Of a stretch of 64,000 nt of DNA, positions 1-14,792 are shown piece after piece. The notes under the pieces are model-generated. The model was not told the DNA's origin, ran no database searches, and saw only the letters and a program-made list of their open reading frames with translations. The DNA lies in assembly GCA_964016885.1 (NCBI GenBank), contig OZ024748.1, forward strand, positions 13,206,001 through 13,270,000, written 5' to 3'. A program made the translations under genes and the position numbers. Source of the DNA: Eledone cirrhosa (Eukaryota). Each line of letters opens with the position of its first letter. Within the stretch, counting starts at the first letter, position 1.

Positions 1-204
1 GTTTTACTTTTAAAACATTTTTTCTAATTCTTCAATCAGCCATTTTTTAAAAAGAATTCTTTCCTTCGCTGTTTCATTCTTTTACGTTCTTCCATTTTAT
101 CGTTCTTGTTCTCGCACATTCTCTAATCCTCCATGTCTTTCTTCTCTTCTTCCTTTCTCATTTTTTCTTATTTTTCTTTCTTTTCTTTTTAATACGTAAT
201 TATA

Positions 205-242
<38 letters not shown>

Positions 243-263
243 ACACACAAACACACGCATATA

Positions 264-334
<71 letters not shown>

Positions 335-1160
335 CTCTTATTTCTATATTGCATTGTTTTTCTTCTTTCTTATTCATTTCATTCTCTTCCTATTTCGGTA
401 TTTGTTTTTGCTTTTTTTCTTTCACTCTTTTTCTTTCATTAATCAATTCCTGTTTTCTTTCTTTCGCTAATTCTCTTAGAATCTTACAATCTTTCTCGCC
501 CCCCTCTCCTTTTCTCACTCTCTTTCTCTCGCTCTCTCTCTTTCCCTCTCTCGCTCTTTCTCTCTCTCTCTCACTCTATCTCTCTTTCTATCTCTATCCC
601 CCCTCTCTCTCTCTCTATATATATATATCTTTCTCTCTCTCTCTATATATATCTATCTATCTATCTATATATATCTTTCTCTCTCTCTATATATATATCT
701 ATCTATCTATCTATCTATATCTTACACACACACTCCACATCACATTTCTCTCTCTCTCTCTTTCTCATCCTTTCTTTTTCTCGTATATATACAAACACAT
801 GCTCACATGTAGTTGTGTATGTGTTTATATGGGTGTGCGCGCTTGTTGGCATGTATGTATGTATGTATGTATGTATGTATGTATGTATGTATGTATGTAT
901 ATATGCATGTATGTATGTATGCATGTATATATGTATGTATGTATGTAAGTATGCATGCTTGTGCATATGTGCAAGCAGTTGGACATGTGTGTGCATATGT
1001 TCAGTTATGTATGCATATGTATGTATATATATGTGTGTACATTTGTGAGTGTTTCTATGTGTGTTACTGGACACATCTCCATGCATGTGTGTGTATGTAT
1101 TTGTGTAACTGTTTTTGCATACACGTGTACATAGTATATATATATATGTGTGTGTGTGTG

Positions 1161-1260
<100 letters not shown>

Positions 1261-1614
1261 GATATTTTGAAGAAGTGTTCCCGTCTAGTGGAGGGTCAAA
1301 TGTTAGTCATGTGACGAGGTGTCGTTAACGTTATCATCATTAGTCAAGCGAAAGACATGTACGGTGTTCCCTAAGGACAATAAAAAGCATATTTCTGCAC
1401 CATTAGATAGAGAGTAGGAATATTGTAGCTTGTAAATAAATAATAGAGTTGCATTACCTAGCACCTGACACTGCACAACCTTGTAAATGCTTCGTTGAGA
1501 TGTGCTACACAGCAGAGGGGTGGAAAACACAGGTATTTTTGAATATGTGGTATTAAGTTCGACATCTCAGTGAACCATGTTACTTTCATATTAATTACCA
1601 ATTACCATTAAAAT

Positions 1615-1835
1615 GAGACACGTGGCCTAATGCGAAGGGTATTGGACGTCTGATCGTCATGTGGGGGTTCGATTTCTGGGCTGGGTTGCGTGTTGTGTTC
1701 TTGAGTAAAAACACTTCATTTCATAACAGTTCCAGTATACTCATCTGAAAATGAGTAGCAGCAATAGCTGGGGTTTAAACCCTACAAAGGACTGGAGGAA
1801 GTCTTGTACTCTCAGTCACTTCATGCCATGAAAGC
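1615..1835 (+). mobile_element. Second tRNA-derived SINE family (CORE-like central domain)
   Basis: gtggcctaatg..., ggttcgatttc, tgtgttcttgagtaaaaacactt..., aaaatgagta. Related pieces at 23560-23610, 27752-27865 and 45190-45610 (-). Confidence 0.65.
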
Positions 1836-2489
1836 ACCTGCTCTACTCGCTGCATGCAACGCACGAGGGCATGCATCTTTGCATGCATTAAAAGGAGGAG
1901 AAAAATTGGGTTTTCCACTTTGTTTACTTAAACGTGTGTTTTTTATTTTATTACCAAGTTTCAAAATCGATAATCCAATTGCTATTGGATATTTTTTATG
2001 ACATAGTTGTGTTGATATTGGTAAAAATCGATTGGCTTTCCTTGGTGGATTAATACTTTGCAAATAAATGCAAATGTAAAGCTTTTTACTAAAGTTTCTT
2101 CTTCGGAATCCTTCAGAAATAAAACATAGTTGTGTCATTGTAAATCTTTATAAACGTACACTGCAATGTCATCTGTAAGTTTTGTGAAAGGTCCTTTCAA
2201 AAATTATCCTAAAATTATCCAGTCAACCCTAATTAGGAAACTAGTCCTTATTTAATTATGTTATGTTTTCTATATTCATAATGGATGAATTGTAAAGTTA
2301 TTATTGTTATACCAACTGTTTTGTCTTCAGTGATGTCCTCTTTTCTTTCCTTTGATGTTTCCCCTACTATGTGTTGTCTTTGTCCTTGTAATGCTTCGAT
2401 AAAAGAAAAAAAAAAGTTTTTATTAAAAGTTATTATAACACTTTGTGGGTTATAAAGAAATCATTATTATAAGTTATTGTGAATAATAT

Positions 2490-2705
2490 TATTGGACAAC
2501 ATGCTTTACGACATAGAGATACAGATCCTGTTACATTCTGAGTTCAAATTCCGCTGAGATTAGCTTTGCTTTTCATCCTTATGTCGTCGATAAACAAAAG
2601 TAGCAGTAATGTAGTGAGGTCGATATAGTCGACCCCCCCCTCTCCCCCTTCAAATTGTTGTTGTTTTTTTGCAACAAATAGAAATAATGATTATCATTAT
2701 ATTAT
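2490..2705 (+). mobile_element. Main-family SINE, diverged
   Basis: ttctgagttcaaattccgctgagattagctttgcttttcatcctt...gtcgataaa. Confidence 0.75.
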
Positions 2706-2865
2706 TATTGTGGTTATTATTAAATTCAAAAAAACATATGTGAGAAGCTTCCGTTGCCAGAGTCAGGTTCGATCATTAACAGATCGTTCCCCGAGCTGAT
2801 CGAATGAAACAGATGTAATATCTAATTAAATATGTATATGATGCAACACTGATTCGTAATATATT

Positions 2866-2974
2866 AATATTAAATATATATATATATATGTATGTATGTA
2901 AATATACATACATATATGTATATAAATATATATATATATATGTATGTATGTATGTAAATATACATACATATATG

Positions 2975-3018
<44 letters not shown>

Positions 3019-3036
3019 AATATACATACATATATG

Positions 3037-3078
<42 letters not shown>

Positions 3079-3104
3079 AATATACATACATATATGTATA
3101 TAAT

Positions 3105-3135
<31 letters not shown>

Positions 3136-3272
3136 GTAAATATACATACATATATGTATATAAATATATATATATATATATGTATGTATGTATGTAAATA
3201 TACATACATATATGTATAGAAATATATATATATATATATGTATGTATGTATGTAAATATACATACATATATG

Positions 3273-3315
<43 letters not shown>

Positions 3316-3352
3316 GTAAATATACATACATATATGTATATAAATATATATA

Positions 3353-3392
<40 letters not shown>

Positions 3393-3420
3393 TACATACA
3401 CATATATATATAAATATATA
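2866..3420. repeat. ~56-64 bp minisatellite built from TA/TGTA units
   Basis: aaatatacatacatatatgtatataaa recurs about nine times. Confidence 0.9.
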
Positions 3421-3494
3421 TAAAAACACATACATACAGGTATATACGCACACACTTATATAGCTGATTGTCTAAAAACGCACCAAGTGTGTTA

Positions 3495-3650
3495 TTTAGA
3501 GGTAATAGTAGTGGGTTCCGACCTTGCCTAAGGACATCAGTGACGCATGCGCTGTGATTGGAACAGGTAAGAGACTACGGGTTCCCGTTCTTGATTTGCA
3601 GCGAACTTGACACGGCGCCTGCCACTCAACACGCCTCCACGACCGCTTAC
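3495..3650 (-). mobile_element. Probable diverged tRNA-derived SINE
   Basis: GC-rich island; the minus strand has a tRNA-like head and tgatgtccttaggcaagg (CORE-like). Confidence 0.4.
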
Positions 3651-3773
3651 ACACATATATCCGGGACCGTCTACACACACACTCACTCACACATACATGC
3701 ACACAAAATCACATATATATACGTTATATATATTAGTGTGCGTATGTATTTAAGTGTGTGTGTGCATGTACAA

Positions 3774-3844
<71 letters not shown>

Positions 3845-3891
3845 GTATATATATATATATATATATATAAATATATATATATATATTTATA

Positions 3892-3938
<47 letters not shown>

Positions 3939-4059
3939 ATATGTTTGTACATATATATATGTATAATATATGTATGTACGTATATATATATATTAATATG
4001 CGTGTGTATATATTGCGATACGGTGTCCATCTATATAAAGACTACTCACAGCCTCTCTT

Positions 4060-4124
<65 letters not shown>

Positions 4125-4710
4125 TCTCTCTTTCTATCTATCTCCCCCTCTCCCTCTTCTATAAGCCGATTACACGAAATGATGCATTTCTCACGTGATT
4201 TCATCCAGATTGTATTAATCTTTAGCCTAACTTATTATTAATACAGTGTCTTGTTCCCTCCTCCAAGCTTGCTGTAACATAGCAACAGTTTTATGCCAAG
4301 CATGGAGTTTAACAATGGACGTTTAGCTATCGAAATATAACAACAACAACAACAACAGCAACAGCAATGATTGCCAAAACAACAATAACAACAAGCATGA
4401 TAACTATTTCCAACATCTTAACCTCAGCGACAAGCGTCATTACTATCATAATCATTGTCATTTCCAACATCGCAACATCGATAAAAGTTACAATAAGCCC
4501 TCGGCACCAGCATCACAACACTAACAGCAAGCATGGTAACGATTACCAGCACCACAGTGTTAACAACAACAACAACAGCAACAGCCACAAAAACCAGCTC
4601 GAACATTACAACCAAAATAACAAGCACCAAAACAACTTGTACACTACTACCACAACATGTATATATTTTTCTTCCTAATAATCGTCTTTTTCTCCCTGTT
4701 ATCATATATA

Positions 4711-4782
<72 letters not shown>

Positions 4783-4855
4783 GTCACTTATATATTATGA
4801 AATATATATTATGAAATACTGTTGGCTTCTTGCTCACATTAATTTCTCTACTTTC

Positions 4856-4906
<51 letters not shown>

Positions 4907-5184
4907 TGGAGGTTATTAAAAGCGAAGTTGCGGTGCTCGGCCAGCATCCACGGCCAGCATGAAGCACTCAATAAGAAGATCTCAATTCGATAAATTACAT
5001 CTCAGAGTATTAAACATATGCTAAATAGCGTAACGAATTGAAAACTGTGGTTAAGGCGACAAATCCACAGAAGCCACCACAACAACGAAAATACAATCAT
5101 GTTAAATATATATATTCCAAAGAATACGGCGAAAGCTTCTATTTCTACTAAAAATTTCAAACTTCGTTCTCAGATTCAAAACAA

Positions 5185-5222
<38 letters not shown>

Positions 5223-5313
5223 GTATATATATATACATATGTATATACACACACACATATATATATTCGGTATACAATTCACTCCCAGCACTCAACGTCA
5301 TATTACCTCCTAA

Positions 5314-5366
<53 letters not shown>

Positions 5367-5771
5367 TTGGGTGTGTGTGTGTGTGTGTGCGTGTGTGTGT
5401 TTGTGTGTGTGTATAACAATGCGGAACCTTTTTCTATTGAGCCACCCAACACCTCAAGTCGTAAACAGTTATGTGTTTGTTTTTAAATCACTTAGCCATT
5501 TCAATGTTGTAGCGTTTTTCGAATATTTCTTTTCTTTTCATTCTTTTCATTTTCATCTTTATTTTCGCCATTTTGTTTGATTTAGTTATTTCTCCTTCTT
5601 TTGGGCTATCATAATCTTTTATTAATAGATATCCCTGGACACGTGTTGAGGTGATTAAGACGGTGAGGCGTGACAAACATACAACCGAGATATTAACAAC
5701 TATATTAACATGACATGATTTTTAACATCCCATAAAATGTTCCCTGCTGCATGATGAGATGGCTAGTGACA

Positions 5772-5772
5772 A

Positions 5773-5843
<71 letters not shown>

Positions 5844-5844
5844 T

Positions 5845-5888
<44 letters not shown>

Positions 5889-6015
5889 TAAGTAGTTGTA
5901 GTAGTAGTAGAAGAAGGAGAAGTAGCAGTAGTACTAGTAGTAGTAGTAGTAGTAGTAGTAGTATAAGTAGTAGTAGTAGTAGAAGAAGAAGGAGAAGTAG
6001 TAGTAGTACTAGTAC

Positions 6016-6055
<40 letters not shown>

Positions 6056-6202
6056 TGTAGTAGCAAAAGTTTACTCTTTACATTTTTATGTGTTCTAGTG
6101 GAGTTGCTGAGGTCATACTGGGGCACCACCATTTAATAATGTTGTTGATGATGATGATGAAGATGAGGATGGTGACTGCGTTGATGATGATAGTAATTGT
6201 GT

Positions 6203-6243
<41 letters not shown>

Positions 6244-6490
6244 GTGATGGTGATGATGATGATGGTGGTGATGATGGTGATGATGATGATGGGGTTGATG
6301 ATGATGATGGTGATGATGGTGATGGTGATGATGGTGATGATGATGATGGTGATGATGATGATGGTAATGATGATGATGGTGATGGTGATGATGAGGATGA
6401 TGATGATGATGGTGATGGTGATGATGATGATGATGATGATGATGGTGATGATGACAAAAATATAATAATAATGATAATGATAATAATATC
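5772..6490. repeat. (AGT)n and (ATG/GTG)n microsatellites
   Basis: Directly visible. Confidence 0.95.
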
Positions 6491-6840
6491 ATTGGAGATA
6501 ATAACAGTTATAATAATGATTTGTATCGGTAGAATGGATTGCTGTCACGGTATGTTACTATAGGCGAAGAGTGTATTCAATTTGAACCAGTTATTCCATC
6601 AAACGAACCATTCGCTATTCCACTATTCCGCTATGCTGCTATTCCTCTATTTGCATATATCAATTTATAATTGGATAATCTAATGTATATTTGTTTCTTT
6701 AACAACTTAGTGCAACATGCACTGCTGCACGGTCATTTGCACATTTGAATAGTTAAACATGTATTACAGAGAGAGAGAGAGAGAGAGTCAAAGACATACG
6801 CACACACTCACTTACATATATATTTACATATATATATAGT

Positions 6841-6987
<147 letters not shown>

Positions 6988-7098
6988 TTGTGTGAATATA
7001 TGTAGTTACACACCAAGTTAACACACATATATATGTATATATACACACACACGCATATATATACATACATACATACATATATATATATTTATATATAC

Positions 7099-7156
<58 letters not shown>

Positions 7157-7239
7157 ATTCACACATGCATAACATCAGAAGTTCATGCATATATAAGCAG
7201 ATGTACTGCCCTAAATATGCACGCACAAACATATATGTG

Positions 7240-7270
<31 letters not shown>

Positions 7271-7282
7271 CTGTGTGTGTGA

Positions 7283-7323
<41 letters not shown>

Positions 7324-7510
7324 TGTGTGTGTGTCTGTGTGCGTGTATGTGTGTCTGTATACACACACAAATTGACATATGCGCTCACGAAATATAGAAA
7401 CTAACTTGCATACACCTATATTCATTTTTATAAATGCGTTCACACATATTGTCACCTTGTTATATAGAATACCAATCACTAGGTGTATATTAATTAGTCT
7501 CTCACACTCA

Positions 7511-7565
<55 letters not shown>

Positions 7566-7827
7566 TCTCTCTCTCTCACTCTCACTCTCAGAGACTTTCT
7601 CTCTCGTTTATAAAATATATATATGTATGACTGAGTATAACATCAGTTTTAAACTTATGTTAATATGTATATACATGTCATTTCTTAAAGTTAAATATTG
7701 GCAGTGACTTCGAAGTTTAACTTGGAGGATTTATACCGAAACAAATTCGAAGTTATGGAAATGTATTATATTTGTAAGCTGTATATTGAGTACTCACTCA
7801 ATTAATGTTTGAATATTCTTAAATATA

Positions 7828-8003
7828 ATAATTGTTTCTACTTTTGGCACAAGGCCAGCAATTAACCAGTGTATTACTGGTACTTTATTCTTAAAATTAA
7901 TAATTGTTTCTACTTTTTGGCACAAGGCCAGCAATAACCCAGTGCATTACTGGTACTTTATTTTATCGACCCTGTAAGCATGAAAGGCAAAGTTAACCTC
8001 GGT
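7828..8003 (-). mobile_element. Two tandem 5'-truncated main-family SINE tails
   Basis: aattgtttctacttttggcacaaggccagcaat occurs at ~7830 and ~7903. Confidence 0.85.
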
Positions 8004-8016
8004 ATAAACCACAACC

Positions 8017-8077
<61 letters not shown>

Positions 8078-8085
<8 letters not shown>

Positions 8086-8264
8086 TATGTACATGTACAT
8101 ACATATATGTATACAGACGTACAGTAGTGTGTATATATATATATACATACATGCACACATATATATATGCACGTGCATATATATATGTGTGCATGTATGT
8201 ATATATATATACATACTACTGTACGTCTGTATACATATATGTATGTACATGTACATACTTATAT
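8078..8264. repeat. Spacer-less ~185-bp palindrome
   Basis: Centre CAC|GTG at 8172/8173; the arms differ by one substitution and one TA unit, and include non-simple sequence (cagacgtacagtag / ctactgtacgtctg). Confidence 0.9.
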
Positions 8265-8317
8265 TTAAGTAACAGCCGTACTAAGAGTGGGAAATGAAAT
8301 TTCGTTTCATTTTTTCC

Positions 8318-8386
<69 letters not shown>

Positions 8387-8599
8387 GACACATATATATA
8401 TACGTTTGTAGAAACCCGTAAATGAAGGATAAGGAAAACTGCTTAATTTGTTGGATAGGAGCTTGAAATATCTTTGTCAACGTCTCTGAATGGAGGGCGG
8501 GTTGAGAAGTAGCTCCTCCACTATGCAGTAATGGCCATGAGTGTACCACGAAACCACTGGTAGCACATATATATTAAGTGTATAAAACTTTGTTTCTAC

Positions 8600-8686
<87 letters not shown>

Positions 8687-8787
8687 ATATATACATATAT
8701 ATATACATACAATATATACAAGTGAGTGAGAGAGAGTTCTATATAGGTATACGTGTATACAGACACACAGGTATCTATCTATCTATA

Positions 8788-8877
<90 letters not shown>

Positions 8878-9726
8878 AGGGTGTAAGAGAGTAAAACATA
8901 GAAATAAAGAGAAAGAAATAATTATATAGACATAAAAATAAAGAAATGTAGGAAAAGAGAGAAGAGGAGAAAAGGAAAAAGAGAAAGAGCGGAATAATGA
9001 AAAGAGGTGGAATAATTATTATAGTAGAATAGTTCATTTCTAGTCAATGAATATAAGCTCTGTGCTACCGGAAGTCGAAGGAATCTATCCTTTTGAGCAG
9101 AATTGCCGCCATATAACAAATGGCGGAAAGATTGCTTCCGCTTTGGGCTTCGAATGAGCGTTTGACCTTAAGCTTGTCTAGATGTTTCCTGCTGAAGTCG
9201 ACAGTGGAGACATCAAGGAACTAACGCTAGACAAATCGTATCTTACAAAATTTTCATGTCCTTCGTCACTACATCTACTGTTTAAAAAAAAGGTGAAAAA
9301 GACAAAGAAAAAAGAAAATATTAGCACCACCGCAATCTTTACAACAAACACCCACGACCACAAGCCCCAGCATCATCGCCATTATCTTTAATGACGATGC
9401 CCTCACCACCTTCATTCTTATTATCGTGAATGATTGTGACTTAGTAGAGCGAGAGAGAGAGAGTTGAGTGATGAGGGAGTTAGAGGGAGAATATTAAAGT
9501 AGACATACTTCTTCTGGGTTCGATACCCAGACTTGGTTATCTTTCTTGATCATATATATATATACAGAGAAAGAGAGAGAAAGAGAGATAGAGAGAGAAT
9601 GAATGAGAGAGAGATAGAGTCTGCAGTGCTGAGATCGGGGAGACTACAAATCAAGAGCGTAGTCAATGCATGGAAAGAAGCTGAGTAGGTATAGAGAACG
9701 GTATATATATATATACACAGAGAGAG

Positions 9727-9838
<112 letters not shown>

Positions 9839-9915
9839 AAAAGAAATTGAAAATGTCTCTAAACAAACAAGAACAGAAGCAAACCGTCCATCTAAATTTT
9901 ACACTTTACTTTTGA

Positions 9916-10030
9916 AAGTCATAAGGACTGTGAAGCCGAAGTCATAAGGACTGTGAAGCCGAAGTCATAAGGACTGTGAAACCGAAGTCATAAGGACTGT
10001 GAAACCGAAGTCATAAGGACTGTGAAACCG
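9916..10030. repeat. 23-bp tandem repeat x5
   Basis: aagtcataaggactgtgaa(g/a)ccg head-to-tail with no spacers. Confidence 0.95.
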
Positions 10031-10135
10031 AAATATATAAAGCAGTATATCTATAATTTGTAATAAACGAAGCCAAATGTTACATATTTGACTTAATTAT
10101 ATATATATATATATATATAAGTTTTAATATAGATG

Positions 10136-10186
10136 AGATTCTACAGGACTAGAACTGTTTCATTCTTTAGAAATCATCAGGAATCT
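10136..10186 (-). ncRNA. Type I hammerhead ribozyme in a ~80 bp element between (TA)n arrays
   Basis: Minus strand reads AGAUUC CUGAUGA u UUCU aa AGAA u GAAA CAG uucuaguc CUG UA|GAAUCU: 6-bp stem I, both core boxes, 4-bp stem III, GUA cleavage triplet. Stem II is closed by U-U rather than R-Y. Confidence 0.7.
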
Positions 10187-10236
10187 GGGTATCAATACAT
10201 ATATATATATAAATATATATATATAAATATATATAA

Positions 10237-10317
<81 letters not shown>

Positions 10318-10399
10318 TATATATACATATATATAATATATGTATATATATAAATATATATATATGCATATATATATAAATATATATATATATACATAG

Positions 10400-10590
10400 A
10401 ATTGTTTCTACTTTTGGCACAAGGCCAGCAGATACCCAGTACATTACTGGTACATTATTTTATCGACCCCGTAAGGATGAAAGGCAAAGTTAACCTCGGC
10501 GGGATTTGAACTCAGAATGGCAAGGGCCGTAACTCAATGCGTCAAAGCATGGTGTCCGACCCTCTACCGATACTGCCAAACCACCGCCCT
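10400..10590 (-). mobile_element. tRNA-derived SINE, main family (full length)
   Basis: A-box-like TGGCAGTATCGG, B-box GAGTTCAAATCC, central ACTTTGCCTTTCATCCTTACGGGGTCGATAAAAT, tail GGCCTTGTGCCAAAAGTAGAAACAATT; more than 20 copies or fragments in the window. Confidence 0.9.
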
Positions 10591-11143
10591 TAAATGAAAA
10601 TCATAATGAAGAAGTGGGATAGGGGGGGGGGGTTAAACGAGAGAGAAAGAGAGGACTAAAATAGTATTGAGCGTGTGTTTGAACACAGTACATTGACCCC
10701 ACAGATGCTGTACACAGGCTGAGATATTGTAACATAAATACCCATGAAATTAAAACTCGTGCACACCTTCAGAATACAATGACTAAAACCAAGTTCAAAT
10801 TGAAACATTCGCCCATCTACTTAGATCCACTAAGACACACATATTCAAACACATACAGACATATATAACACACTGACTTGCATACACACATAGATAACAC
10901 GCTGGCTTGCGTACACAGACATACACACATACCTAACACACTGATTTGCATACAGAGACATACACACTCACAGATGTCCGGAAATATACCTATCTAGCCA
11001 GATGCACTCAGAGAAGCACTCACACTTAAGTCTTTACTTTGATCCGAACACGTTCTCAAACGATTGACTACCAATAAACATGTACACGTGTGTGTAAGTC
11101 TGTAGTGCACGTGTACGTTTATATATATATATATATATACATA

Positions 11144-11176
<33 letters not shown>

Positions 11177-11218
11177 AGGGGTGTGCATAATGTACGTATG
11201 TATGCATGTATATATGCC

Positions 11219-11263
<45 letters not shown>

Positions 11264-11348
11264 AACATAATGAGGGCTTAACAAATCGTCCTTGTATATA
11301 TATATGTATATACACATATATACATATATACATATACACACACACACA

Positions 11349-11432
<84 letters not shown>

Positions 11433-12074
11433 CAAATATATATTTATACATGTACATATAGTTACACAGACGCACCCACACCCACACAGATACACTCACG
11501 TACATACACACACACACATACACAGACACACACATACACACACACACACAAAGACACAGACACACACACAAACAAAAAATGACGGTAAAAACTAAACACG
11601 GCGTTCTTATTTTAAAGTGGACAGCTTTTCGGAAACCGAAGTTTCCCAGGACCTCTTAAGATGTTTTTAGGATCAAACAAACGTTTGTTTGTCACCCACT
11701 GCCGAAATATATAAAAATATCGGATAGATGAATAAGGAAAGGAAGCTAAGGTTGTTGATTACAATATAGACCCCTTACTCCTTACTCCCTCCCAATTTAA
11801 GGGAACAAATGCCTGGCACATGCAGTGTGTTTTGGGGGTTTGTAGTTTGGGGTGGTGTCATCGTACACTATTTTCCGGACAACTTGTTTCAATATATTTT
11901 AGTGAAGATATAAAAAAAATAAATGAATGAAATAAGATAAATTGAAATAAAATAAAATAAAATAAAATAAAATAAAATAAAATAAAATAAAATATGGGTG
12001 TAGGGAGCAGGCAAAGGTGGTGGTGGTGGGGGAGCAGTGAGCTGGAACAAGGAGAGTAAAGGTTCTCTTGTATG

Positions 12075-13480
12075 AAGGTGGTGTTAGTGATGGTGATGTT
12101 GGCGGTGCTGGTGGTGGTGGAAGTGTTGATGTTGATGGTGGTAGTGATGTTTGTGGTGGTGGTGGTGGTGGAATTGTTGATGTTGATAGTGATGGTGGTG
12201 GTGGTGGTGGAAGTGTTGATTCTGATGTTGGTAGTAGTGATGATGGTGGTGGTGGTGGAAGTGTTGATTCTGATGTTGGTAGTAGTGGTGATGATGATGG
12301 TGGTGGTGGTGGAAGTGTTGATGTTGATAGTGGTGGTGGTGGTGGTGGAAGTGTTGATTCTGATGTTGGTAGTAGTGGTGATGATGATGGTGGTGGTGGT
12401 GGAAGTGTTGATTCTGATGTTGGTAGTAGTGATGATGGTGGTGGTGGTGGTGGTGGAAGTGTTGATGTTGATAGTGATGGTGATGGTGGTGGAAGTGTTG
12501 ATTCTGATGTTGGTAGTAGTGGTGATGATGATGGTGGTGGTGGTGGAAGTGTTGATGTTGATAGTGGTGGTGGTGGTGGTGGAAGTGTTGATTCTGATGT
12601 TGGTAGTAGTGGTGATGATGATGGTGGTGGTGGTGGAAGTGTTGATTCTGATGTTGGTAGTAGTGGTGATGATGGTGATGATGGTGGTGGTTGAACTGTT
12701 GATGTTGATAGTGATGGTGGTGGTGGTGGAAGTGTTGATTCTGATGTTGGTAGTAGTGGTGATGATGGTGATGATGGTGGTGGTTGAACTGTTGATGTTG
12801 ATAGTGATGGTGGTGGTAGTGGTTGAATTGTTGATGCTGATGTTGATGGTAGTGGTTGAGGTGTTGATGATGGTGGTGTTGATTTCAATGATGTTGTTTA
12901 TGTCATTAGTGATGGTGATATTATTAGTAGTGATTGTGGTAGTATTACTAATCGTTGTAATAGTGGAGAAGGGGGAGAAGGAAAAGAAGGAGAAGGACAA
13001 GAAGAAGAAGAAGGAAAGATTATAAGCAAAGTATGAAGGAAGTGTACGGAGTCAGGACTCAGCTATATTCGTTGTTGTAAGTTCGTATTGTTGTTCTTGT
13101 TATTGTTGTTGTATTTTCTTTTCTGTTGTTGTTGTTGTTGCTGCTGTTGTGTAGTGTTACCGCTATTGTTGTTGTCACTGCTGTTGTTGTTGTTGTTACT
13201 GCTGTTGTGTAGTGTTACCGCTATTGTTGTTGTCACTGCTGTTGTTGTTGCTGTTGTTGCTGTTGTGTAGTGTTACCACTATTGTTGTTGTCACTACTGT
13301 TGTTGTTGCTGTTGCTGCTGTTGTGTAGTGTTACCACTATTGTTGTTGTCACTACTGTCACTGCTGTTGTTGTTGTTGTTATTGTTGTTGTTGCCGTCGT
13401 TGCTGTTGTTGTTAGAGTTGTTTTGTCGTTGTTATTGCTGTTGTAGTCATAGTGCTGTCGTTGTTGCTATTGTAGTCTTG
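12075..13480. repeat. GGT/GAT-derived minisatellite followed by TTG-derived minisatellite
   Basis: Repeated ggaagtgttgattctgatgttggtagtagt; repeated tgtgtagtgttacc(g/a)ctattgttgttgtcact. Confidence 0.9.
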
Positions 13481-13555
13481 TTATTGTAGTTGTTGTTGTA
13501 TGTATATACGGATACACACACACACACACACACACAGACACACGCACACACACAT

Positions 13556-13586
<31 letters not shown>

Positions 13587-13754
13587 TATACATATATATA
13601 TATATATATATGCATATATATATGCATATATATATGCGTGTGTGAGTGTCTGTCTTTCTAACTATCTCTATCACTCCTGCTCTCACTCTCTTTCTCTCTT
13701 TCTCTCTCTTTGTATATGTATATATATATATATATGTGTGTGTGTATGTGTGTG

Positions 13755-13828
<74 letters not shown>

Positions 13829-14309
13829 ATGAGAAAGAGTGAGAGAGTTTGAAAGATGTTTAACGTTGGTGTTATTAACATAGAGAACTTAAACACTGAC
13901 TTCTTTTAACATCAACAACAACATCAATAACAAGTACAAAACAACAACAACAACAACAACAACAGCAGCAGCAAATCTGTTTATATTCATGAAAGGTAAA
14001 TGAAAGAAACAAATATAAAAACGACGGTGCCATTTTATTTTCTCTTCCAATATCGATTAGCTATCGATTATTCATAAATGGCAGCTTGTTGTTTTATTGA
14101 AATGTCTGCATTATATTACTTCCGGTTTATCACTTCCGCTTCTAATTGGAACACACGACTTTCCTGTAGAGCCCAGCATGCTTAGGGAAATTTCATGTAT
14201 TGCTATGATCAACTCCTGTTTATTTAGTTTCGACTTTGTTCTTGTTGCTGTTCTTGTGGTCACCGCCGTCGTCGTCGTTCTTCTTCTTCTTCTTCTTCTT
14301 CTTCTTCTT

Positions 14310-14340
<31 letters not shown>

Positions 14341-14792
14341 GCAACATTTAATTAGTTGATCAATGACAAAAAAGTATTCATTCCCTGATATATCTTATGG
14401 TTTTTAGAGGTTATATACGTGGTATTATATTGTTCAGTATATTATTCCTTCTTTTAAGAAAGTAAATATGGATTTGAGGGAAAAAAATCGTTTACAACTT
14501 CACTACCATCGCTTCAGTTTCTACCAATACAAGTTCACCCCTATATTAGCTGTAACACCGTTACTACTGCCAGCCCAAACAGCACTAATTGCCGCGAGAG
14601 ATTGGTGTTGGAGATATAGTTGGTGTTGGTGGTTGGAGACTTTACGTTAGTGGTGGCGGTCTACATTAGGAAATTAGATTCGATATAGAGAGTCAACGTG
14701 TGCATGTGTGTGTGTCTTGTGTTTGTAAGTTTGTCTGTATGTATATGTGAGTGTAAGATGGTGTAATCCTAGTGTCAGTAAAGTAGCCTATA

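Noticed and set aside
9916-10030. CRISPR-like 23-bp repeats
   Set aside because: No spacers, eukaryotic context and no cas genes.
11858-13025. Long T/I/N-rich, P/S-rich and G/D-rich ORFs (mucin- or extensin-like)
   Set aside because: Open in several frames on both strands because of a trinucleotide-derived minisatellite.
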